A stretch of DNA of 35,250 nucleotides, from NCBI GenBank assembly GCA_023406915.1, contig JAEXTR010000343.1:1-35250 (forward strand), written 5' to 3'. Source of the stretch: Bacteroidota bacterium. GTDB lineage: Bacteria; Bacteroidota; Ignavibacteria; Ignavibacteriales; Ignavibacteriaceae. The notes below the pieces were generated by a model that was not told the origin of the DNA, made no database searches, and worked only from the letters and a program-made list of their open reading frames with translations. The translations under genes and the position numbers were made by a program. Below, in pieces: positions 26,744 to 34,256 of the stretch. Each line of letters opens with the position of its first letter. Within the stretch, counting starts at the first letter, position 1.

Positions 26744-28164
26744 TTTATAAAATTATCTCTTGATAAAATGTCATTTTTTAGGGTGATAATCTCATTTTTA
26801 TAATGCAAAACCATTTGAGTCAGTATTAAAATAATAACAAGGATTGCAGCACCATAATAAACAGGAATCATCCCATGATAGTACTCTACAATATGTATAG
26901 CGATGAGAAGACTTATAGGTATAGAAATCTCCTGTAATAACATTCGATAATATTTGAATAAGGATAGTGGTACAAGTTTACGTGCAACAAATCGTAGATA
27001 AAGGTAATTCAGCAATAGAGAAAGTAAGAGCAAAGTGATGATAAAAGTATCGATGGATATACTCAATACATACACTGTAACAAAGGATACTATTACCAGG
27101 CGAAAGACCGTCCAAAGAAAACCTAAGTCTGTTCTGCCTTTAGCTACCTGAAGCGCTGCAATAGGAATCCCAAGTGCCATAACAACCATTATATAAGCCA
27201 ATATTCTTAGTACGAATGCAGAACCTGTATACTGTGATCCATACACTATTGTTATCATATCTTTCGGGAATAGAATTAGTGGAAGAAAAGCCACAATATT
27301 CAGAATAATGATGAGTCTTGATGACTTCATCACAGATGCTACCATGCCAAGATTTTCCTTTGTTTTTGATAGCTTTGCTGCCAATGGAAAATACAATCCA
27401 CTGTTAACTATCCCGCTCAGTTTCAGTACGAGGGTTTTCATCAACGTATAACTCCCCAGATCAGCCATACCAATAAATTTTCCAATTAATAGTGTGTCGA
27501 CTTGCTCTGATAGGAAATCCAAAAGGCGGCCACCAAATTGATAAAAGCCGATTTTCAAATGAGGAGATAAATGCTGGGTCTTAAACCTACTCGTGATCTG
27601 ATGTGACTTTCGAAGAACGAAAACAAAACCAAAGTGACTTATAAATGTGAAGACTGTGCTTGAGATTACAAGACTATAAATACCCGTTCTTGAGTAGACA
27701 GCAATAATTGCCAACACAAGTGAAGTAGTTGCCGCAAATATCTCTAGGAGGGCAATCACCCTGAATTCCAACTCTTTCTGTAACAGTGTTTTGGCATACC
27801 TACCATACCCTGAGAAGAGTAAATTAACTGCAAGTGCCTTAATCACAATAGACAATGAATAACTTCCGTAAAACTCACCAAGAAGTCCTGCCCCAATAAA
27901 CGCAACTACAAAGAGTCCTGCTCCGATTATTAAATTGAACCAAAATACGGCTGAATGCTCTTCGGGTGAAAGCTCCTGTTTATAAAATACTGCAGAAAAC
28001 AATCCAAAATCCCCAATCATATCCAGTAACTGGATGCTTAGTAATGCAATACTGAATGCCCCAAAACCAGCTGGTTCGATAAAACGACTTACTATCAGTA
28101 TTAAAAGGAATTGAGATACTGATTTGTAAATGTTTGATAGAGATGACCAAAAAATATTGTTCAT
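26740..28164 (-). CDS. wzx: Wzx-type oligosaccharide flippase (MOP / polysaccharide biosynthesis protein family)
   Basis: 474 aa with about 12-14 TM segments. The N-terminus NIFWSSLSNIYKSVSQFLLILIVSRFIEPAGFGAFSIAL is typical of the Polysacc_synt family. Confidence 0.8.
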   Translation of the reverse strand: MNNIFWSSLSNIYKSVSQFLLILIVSRFIEPAGFGAFSIALLSIQLLDMIGDFGLFSAVFYKQELSPEEHSAVFWFNLIIGAGLFVVAFIGAGLLGEFYGSYSLSIVIKALAVNLLFSGYGRYAKTLLQKELEFRVIALLEIFAATTSLVLAIIAVYSRTGIYSLVISSTVFTFISHFGFVFVLRKSHQITSRFKTQHLSPHLKIGFYQFGGRLLDFLSEQVDTLLIGKFIGMADLGSYTLMKTLVLKLSGIVNSGLYFPLAAKLSKTKENLGMVASVMKSSRLIIILNIVAFLPLILFPKDMITIVYGSQYTGSAFVLRILAYIMVVMALGIPIAALQVAKGRTDLGFLWTVFRLVIVSFVTVYVLSISIDTFIITLLLLSLLLNYLYLRFVARKLVPLSLFKYYRMLLQEISIPISLLIAIHIVEYYHGMIPVYYGAAILVIILILTQMVLHYKNEIITLKNDILSRDNFIK

Positions 28165-28426
28165 CCAATTGAGCTTAACAGAGTATTGTGAATTGTTCCT
28201 GCCATTTGGAGTTTTTTGATAATCAACACTAAAAGTCTTTACCTACTCCTTCACAGACATATTTTGTAACCATAGATTACCATCGAGTCAATATTCTAAT
28301 TTTCGTATTCTTACCACTTCGGTAAGCCTTAATTATATGTATATCAGAATTACGTTATGACAATGATAAAGCAATAATTACCAAGATTTTGTCAGTGTGT
28401 CAGTAGTTATGGGATATAAAATTTTT

Positions 28427-29755
28427 TTAAACTTGAAACTCAGATTCCCCCCACCCCACAACCACATCATTGAGGTTAGTATTTGTGATTCCCGTTTTTA
28501 TCAGGCAGTCGTGTTTCTCAAAAAATGTGTAACTGTCATTATTGTGTAGGTAGTGGTCAATCTCGTCGATAGTAGTGACTTTAGAAAGCGTGTCCGTATT
28601 GAACCATGCACCTGCAGCGTCGGTGATACCATCGTTACCGTCAGAAGCCGCACACAAAACACCAAAACCAGGCAATCCGAACAATTGTCTCGCCATCGCC
28701 AGACAAAGCTCTGTGTTTCTGCCTCCCTTTCCGTTTCCTCGCACCGTCACTGTCGTCTCACCACCCGCAATCAATGCGTACTCCTCACTCTCTTGCTTAT
28801 GTGCTCTCATCTCATTCGAAAAATGGATGGCGGCCACAGTAGCTTCTCCTGTCATCGGAGAAGTGTAACTATGCACGGGATTAAACTTCTGTTTCAGTCT
28901 GTTTTCTAATGCCGTCACGAAATCTCTGTTGTTCGCCAGTATGTAGTATTGTTGCTTATTCAATAATGGGTCATCGGGTTTCACTGTTTCTGGCACACAT
29001 CCATCCATTCCCAGATCCCAATAGGTTCGAATTCCCGGATAATACTTCATATCTATTTTGTATGTCTCCAGGACTTTCATCGCATCAAAGAACGTTGTAG
29101 GATCAGGGCTGACTGGTCCTGAGGCAATATCCTCGTGTGCATCACCCAAAACATCTGATAGCGCGATAGCCACCACTCTTTTTCCGGAAAACTTTCGCAA
29201 CAAATTTCCGCCTTTACCTCTTGAAAGATGCCTGCGAACCTTATTCAGTTCATTGATTGACGCCCCAGTAAGAAGCAATCTTCTGATCATCTCTCTTTTC
29301 TCAGAAAAAGGCACACCTCCGGCAGGTGAACACATCAATGATGATGCACCACCAGATAGCAACAAGAATAGGAGACCTTCTTCATTGATCCCAGTTACAA
29401 GAGATTCCAACTCTTCATAGGCAGACAAACTGCTTTCATCAGGTACCGGATGGGCTGCGAAAATCGTTTTGTAAGGATGATGTACTTCACCAAATCCATG
29501 TTTGGTTATCACCAATCCTTCATCGATCTTTGACCCAATGGCATTATCCAAACCCTCAGCCATCGAACCAGCTGCCTTACCTACCGCGACGGTTTTGATC
29601 TCACGAAAATCACAAAGAGTCAATACAGATGTTTCGCCGGTACGGTCTGTAACAGACAGAGAGTCTCCCTGAAAACTCAATGCTCTCGAGACCAATTCCT
29701 TTCCGGAAACTGATCCGAGAGCATCAAGAAATACGCTTTTAATATAATCAATCAA
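28427..29755 (-). CDS. Glycerate 2-kinase (DUF4147 + MOFRL family)
   Basis: VAVGKAAGSMAEG, LLLSGGASSLM, IAGGETTVTVRGNGKGGRNTE, AASDGNDGITDAAGAW. Confidence 0.85.
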   Translation of the reverse strand: MIDYIKSVFLDALGSVSGKELVSRALSFQGDSLSVTDRTGETSVLTLCDFREIKTVAVGKAAGSMAEGLDNAIGSKIDEGLVITKHGFGEVHHPYKTIFAAHPVPDESSLSAYEELESLVTGINEEGLLFLLLSGGASSLMCSPAGGVPFSEKREMIRRLLLTGASINELNKVRRHLSRGKGGNLLRKFSGKRVVAIALSDVLGDAHEDIASGPVSPDPTTFFDAMKVLETYKIDMKYYPGIRTYWDLGMDGCVPETVKPDDPLLNKQQYYILANNRDFVTALENRLKQKFNPVHSYTSPMTGEATVAAIHFSNEMRAHKQESEEYALIAGGETTVTVRGNGKGGRNTELCLAMARQLFGLPGFGVLCAASDGNDGITDAAGAWFNTDTLSKVTTIDEIDHYLHNNDSYTFFEKHDCLIKTGITNTNLNDVVVGWGESEFQV

Positions 29756-29769
29756 AGATTAATTATGCG

Positions 29770-30993
29770 CTATTTGTTTTTGAATTGTGGAATTACAGAG
29801 CTGACAACATCCTTGTGAGCCATGAGCAACAGCATTTTCAGTTTTACATAATCACTACGGAAATAAAAATATCCTGGGTGGGTTGAGTTGAAAACTCCCG
29901 ATCCGGAATCCTTGATCAGATACCACACCACACCATTCCTGTTTACCGATCCGATGATATGGACCAGATGATCATCAGTCGTAGTTTTATTCAGAAACCG
30001 AAAATACCTTGCATCATCGTTGATCGAATTGGCAGCAATATCAAACGTCGGCACAATTGCTAACCCTGCTGGACCGTCTATTCCAGGCTCAGAAACATCT
30101 CCGCCAATGGTCACACTAACCCCTTTTTCCAATGATGCATTAATAATCTTCATGAAGTCCTCAACCGGGAGGTTGAAGTAGTCTTTACTTCTTCGCCAGT
30201 TATCAGGCACATCATAGAGTGAATATTCATGGAATGGCTGATTCAGCACAGAAATGCACATCACGTAGTCATCCAACTTCAGGGGGATATAATCGTTCAG
30301 AAACTGTTTCGGGGTAATCGTTTTCCCTTCGTATGCAAACTCAACAGGTGGAACACCCATGTAATGGTCCAGAATTGCACGAATTGTCTTAATACCATTA
30401 TCCGGGTTCCAGTCACCTGATGTCTTTAAATAACTGAGATACTGCTTCATTTCATCATACATTTTCTCATGATCGTACACAGCTTTCCCGTTCTTCCCGT
30501 CATACACGGATTCCGGCACTATTCCATATTTCACCCATAGTTCAGTCACAGCATCCGCCTGACTTCCTTCCGGGAAAATTGTCTTACCCCTTGTTACAAT
30601 ATAACTTCTTGCCTTCTCCACAAACTCCCAGTAAGCGGTGAACATTTCAGAGAGTTTTAACTCTTTACCAGTTGTGCGCAGAATCTCTGATTCCAGAAAT
30701 GAGGTAGTTGCAAAATCCCAACATGTACTGGTTCTACCCTGATTTATAGGAGGTGTGTGTTTTAGCACCTTAAATTCACTGTTCGTTTTTGGAGCATCGG
30801 TATTTGAAAAGTCAACCTTAAAGGTCAAACGCTCAGGTACCAGATCATTCTTTGCATCCAGCACGGTAGCAATTGAATCCCAGAACTGATTTTTATACGT
30901 TTTAAATACTCCTTTATCATACTGCTGAGCCGGTATGAGAGTAGCAAAAACCAAAACCAAACCAGCCACCAAACCCATTCTATTCTTTATCAT
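29770..30993 (-). CDS. pepC: Peptidase C1B (aminopeptidase C / bleomycin hydrolase-like) with an N-terminal signal peptide
   Basis: Catalytic Cys context NQGRTSTCWDFATTSFLESE. His context DDHLVHIIG. Hydrophobic N-terminus GLVAGLVLVFATLIPAQQ. Confidence 0.75.
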   Translation of the reverse strand: MIKNRMGLVAGLVLVFATLIPAQQYDKGVFKTYKNQFWDSIATVLDAKNDLVPERLTFKVDFSNTDAPKTNSEFKVLKHTPPINQGRTSTCWDFATTSFLESEILRTTGKELKLSEMFTAYWEFVEKARSYIVTRGKTIFPEGSQADAVTELWVKYGIVPESVYDGKNGKAVYDHEKMYDEMKQYLSYLKTSGDWNPDNGIKTIRAILDHYMGVPPVEFAYEGKTITPKQFLNDYIPLKLDDYVMCISVLNQPFHEYSLYDVPDNWRRSKDYFNLPVEDFMKIINASLEKGVSVTIGGDVSEPGIDGPAGLAIVPTFDIAANSINDDARYFRFLNKTTTDDHLVHIIGSVNRNGVVWYLIKDSGSGVFNSTHPGYFYFRSDYVKLKMLLLMAHKDVVSSVIPQFKNK

Positions 30994-30996
30994 TTT

Positions 30997-31467
30997 CTAT
31001 TCCTCTCCTATATCTTCGTTCCATAATTCAGGATTCTTTTGGATAAAATCAGCAAGCAACGCCTTGCATTCTGCTGATTGCATCTCTATTACCCGAACAC
31101 CCTGCTCACGCAGCCAATTGATTCCTCCGTCAAAGTTATCTGACTCACCAACTACCACAGTACCAATTTTGAACTGATAAATCAGTCCCGAACAATACCA
31201 GCATGGTGCCAGAGTCGTAACCATGATTTTATCTCTGTAGCTTTTCTGCCTGCCTGCCTTGCGGAAGGCATCAGTCTCAGCGTGAATAGATGCATCATCC
31301 TCCTGCACGCGCCGGTTATGTCCCCTGCCCAGCAAGGTACCATCATTCGTAAATACAGCTGCACCAATTGGTATCCCACCTTCATGCAGCCCGAGCTTGA
31401 CTTCTTCAATGGCTATATCCAGAAGAGGTTGAAAATCAGTAATCATAGTGACTCCGACATCTATCAT
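30997..31467 (-). CDS. Yeast-type (CDA-fold, FCY1-like) cytosine/nucleoside deaminase
   Basis: GGIPIGAAVF..DGTLLGRGHNRRVQ, zinc motifs HAETDAF and LAPCWYCSG, VVVGES. An alternative start is ATG 31446. Confidence 0.8.
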   Translation of the reverse strand: MIDVGVTMITDFQPLLDIAIEEVKLGLHEGGIPIGAAVFTNDGTLLGRGHNRRVQEDDASIHAETDAFRKAGRQKSYRDKIMVTTLAPCWYCSGLIYQFKIGTVVVGESDNFDGGINWLREQGVRVIEMQSAECKALLADFIQKNPELWNEDIGEE

Positions 31468-31557
31468 GTGTGAAAATCAGTTAAATCTAAGGCAAAATAC
31501 AGGAAAAGTTCGATATATCTGTGTGATATGGTTGGCATTTGGAAAGCAGCGAGAGCC

Positions 31558-32433
31558 TCACTCCAACAGTGTAATGGGAAATTTCCCCGGCAAACTATTC
31601 TCTGCAAAACAGACTGTTTCCGAACCTGAGTCCATTCCGGTGATATCTATCATAACGCACTGAAACTCACGTAGAGAGGAAGTATGATAATCACGAAGAT
31701 GAAAAAAACCCTCAATATTTCTGATTTGCCCCATTGCTGTCAGTATCCTGAAATTCAACGTCAGATTGTTTACCATTTTTTTCAGTGATTCCTTCAGGGC
31801 AATTTTTACGAAGCTAATATCTTCGTGGTGCAAAACACTCCAAAAGCACCTTCTGCCTGTATAAAAATCGCGGGGGGTGTATCCGAATTGCTTAATGCTG
31901 TCAGAGATATACGTGGGATAAAGTTCTTTCTGAACCGAGAACCGAAACGCTGTAACCGGCGACAGGCTGACAATTGTCTCAAATTCCTCCGTCTGCATAC
32001 ATGTGATCTCACGCCTTGTGTTTCGTGTTCGCTCCCGGGATTTATTTGTGGCAATGATCAGTGTGCATGCCCCATACTCTGTAATCATAACATCTGAGGT
32101 AATCGCCTCAGTCAGAACCAAACCGCCCTCAGTACCCATAAAAAGGACTTCTCTGCCTCCCTTCTCTTCATCCGCTTGCCTGCGAACATCACCCGCACCG
32201 AACATGACATCATGCAAATATACATCCCTGGAAGGAGGTATAGCCCCCAGGATACAATCGGCTGCCTGATTCCACCACAGGCACTTCTTATCTGCATCAG
32301 TTACAAGTACCATTGCCGGATGACTGAGAAATACTTTCTGTATAGAATAGAAAGAAACTGCTGACAAAGAGTCAGCTTCAGAATGGTTATAACAAACCGA
32401 TGACGGGGCTGAAGCTTGTTTTTGCATACACAC
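31558..32433 (-). CDS. Stand-alone dual-PAS protein with no recognisable output domain
   Basis: PAS-like stretches AMVLVTDADKKCLWWNQAADCILG and ISDSIKQFGYTPRDFYTGRRCFWSVLHHEDI...LNFRILTAMGQIRNIEGFFHL...QCVMIDITG. GTG start at 32433; an ATG lies 2 codons in, at 32427. Confidence 0.6.
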   Translation of the reverse strand: MCMQKQASAPSSVCYNHSEADSLSAVSFYSIQKVFLSHPAMVLVTDADKKCLWWNQAADCILGAIPPSRDVYLHDVMFGAGDVRRQADEEKGGREVLFMGTEGGLVLTEAITSDVMITEYGACTLIIATNKSRERTRNTRREITCMQTEEFETIVSLSPVTAFRFSVQKELYPTYISDSIKQFGYTPRDFYTGRRCFWSVLHHEDISFVKIALKESLKKMVNNLTLNFRILTAMGQIRNIEGFFHLRDYHTSSLREFQCVMIDITGMDSGSETVCFAENSLPGKFPITLLE

Positions 32434-32478
32434 CTCGTGAATATCCTTTCGGATTATTCAACACGATGAAAGGTTGGC

Positions 32479-32525
32479 ATGAAACACTGCGAGCAGCGGG
32501 GAGCGTGACTCCCCGCGTGTTTCAT
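32479..32525. other. GC-rich compound hairpin between the DUF4836-like gene stop and the PAS gene start
   Basis: ATGAAACAC-tgcgagca-GCGGGGAG-cgtga-CTCCCCGC-GTGTTTCAT. An 8-bp GC-rich inner stem plus a 9-bp outer stem, with an 8-nt bulge on one side and no adjacent T-run. Confidence 0.6.
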
Positions 32526-32585
32526 AAATGTGAAGTGAAATTATAAAAAAAACATTCTCTGCGCAAGCAGATTCTTTAGCTTCCT

Positions 32586-34133
32586 TTAATTTCCTGCCTG
32601 CTGTTCCTGATAGCTTTCCTCAAGAAGTCTGAACATACCCATTAACCCATTTTCCTTGCTGTTGTTAAACAGGAGTACGCCCTCACCACCAGTCAGGTTT
32701 CCGGTAAAGTACGCCTGATTCATCAGACCCAATGATTTATCCAGATCGTCAGTCAACTGACTTTCCTTTAAGAAAGTCCTTAACTGCTCAAAATAGACTG
32801 CACCAAACGCACTGCCTTTTCCAGCAAGGGTGCGTAATTGGTCTCCGACCTCTCCAGACTTTTCTGGTGCTTCCGTCAGATTCAAATACCGTGTATCATT
32901 CGTTAGAACAAAGTAATCACCCATCTGTTTCAGATACATCGTGCTGATAAAGGGAATTGCAACCTTATAGTAATCTTTTTCTTTGCTGATTGCCCCACCT
33001 GACTGATCAATCAAACCATTCAGCATCTTATGAACAGCATCAGGGGCAGCGGATTTTAGGACTAATGCAATACCCGGCAATGGTACAGCGTTCTGCGCAG
33101 TGGTATCAACTGCCATTTTGTACACACTTAACGCCATATCACCTTGCAGCAGTTTTTTGACCTCATCTTCAGTAAGACCAAACTGGTCTGCAACCATTGG
33201 CAATTGAGGTTTAATTGTTGAGTCTGACAGGATTTTGTCCATATTTACTGATCCACCTAGTGCCAAAAGAGCATTCTTACCAGGTACATAATCCAAAATC
33301 TTCTTGTCCATGTCATCATTCAGATATTGGCTATTTTCATCCAGCTTGATCTTTGATGATGCAGTAATCTTCCCCTCCTCAAAATTCAAATGAGCATGCA
33401 TTGTGCCCTGGATGGCAAATATATTTATAGGTAGGATTGCAGCCTGGGTCATCATACCCTGCTCCAGGAGTTCAGGCATTGAGGCATAATCCAGCCAGAG
33501 GTCTATATCTCCAGAATTCGATAAAAACGACGCAAAATCATCATTTGCCTCTGTCAGTTTCCTTCCTTTTCCCCCGTTCAGTATACTGATACCTTCACCT
33601 TTTGCTGTTGCAGTCAGTCCATCTTCAGTTTTAACGTACAGCACGGTTGCATCATTCCATACCATGACCTCTTGTTCATCAATAAAGAAAATACCATCCT
33701 GCTCACCTACTTTACTGCCTGCTTTTTCTGAAAACTTTCTCAAATTATCCTTATTATCCACGCTGGCAGCGATGCAGAATACCCCACCCGCATCACCTTT
33801 ATAGGCAAACGCCAATAGCGGTTGGGTAACATTAATACCTGTTACAGCTATATCCTTCTCAATTTCCATGTATAATTGATACGATTTAGGATCCTGCTCC
33901 TGCATTTGCTTCTTCATATCCTTATAGAAGCCCATTTCCTTTACTGTTGCAAAGTCAACCTTCCCGGACATTTTAAAGTAGTCAAACCTGGCGACGAATG
34001 CGGTTTTCTCTGGTATGATGGTAGCGTATTCAGGTACCCTGCCCTTTGCAAACAGAAAATATACCAGTACTGCGATGCCGATAACAGCTGCAGAGGAAAA
34101 TAGAATTACTTTGAGTGATGTTTTTGATAGCAT
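32586..34133 (-). CDS. Membrane-anchored hypothetical protein, possibly DUF4836-like
   Basis: N-terminal TM VILFSSAAVIGIAVLVYFLF followed by a soluble region of about 480 aa. The coding call is solid. The family guess rests only on the N-terminal IIPEKTAFVARFDYFKM...VDFATVK resemblance. Confidence 0.5.
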   Translation of the reverse strand: MLSKTSLKVILFSSAAVIGIAVLVYFLFAKGRVPEYATIIPEKTAFVARFDYFKMSGKVDFATVKEMGFYKDMKKQMQEQDPKSYQLYMEIEKDIAVTGINVTQPLLAFAYKGDAGGVFCIAASVDNKDNLRKFSEKAGSKVGEQDGIFFIDEQEVMVWNDATVLYVKTEDGLTATAKGEGISILNGGKGRKLTEANDDFASFLSNSGDIDLWLDYASMPELLEQGMMTQAAILPINIFAIQGTMHAHLNFEEGKITASSKIKLDENSQYLNDDMDKKILDYVPGKNALLALGGSVNMDKILSDSTIKPQLPMVADQFGLTEDEVKKLLQGDMALSVYKMAVDTTAQNAVPLPGIALVLKSAAPDAVHKMLNGLIDQSGGAISKEKDYYKVAIPFISTMYLKQMGDYFVLTNDTRYLNLTEAPEKSGEVGDQLRTLAGKGSAFGAVYFEQLRTFLKESQLTDDLDKSLGLMNQAYFTGNLTGGEGVLLFNNSKENGLMGMFRLLEESYQEQQAGN

Positions 34134-34256
34134 GGAGAACCTCAGAATTGTGATGTAAAATTTTACGAAAAAAAGACTTAAAAAGAAAGAACCTTCGAAC
34201 TGCTACGAAATCGTATATTACGTTATTCTTTTACCCTGATTAGGAGCCGATCCACG

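Noticed and set aside
28189-28204. Sigma-54-like -24 element (minus strand TGGCAGGAACAATTCA) upstream of wzx.
   Set aside because: The -12 position reads TTCA and lacks the essential GC. The element would also leave a leader of only about 14 nt.
28165-28426. Possible invertible promoter or phase-variation switch upstream of the glycan operon.
   Set aside because: There are no flanking inverted repeats of 10 bp or more, no nearby recombinase, and no homopolymer tract long enough for slippage. Only a 6-bp hairpin (CTTACC/GGTAAG) is present.
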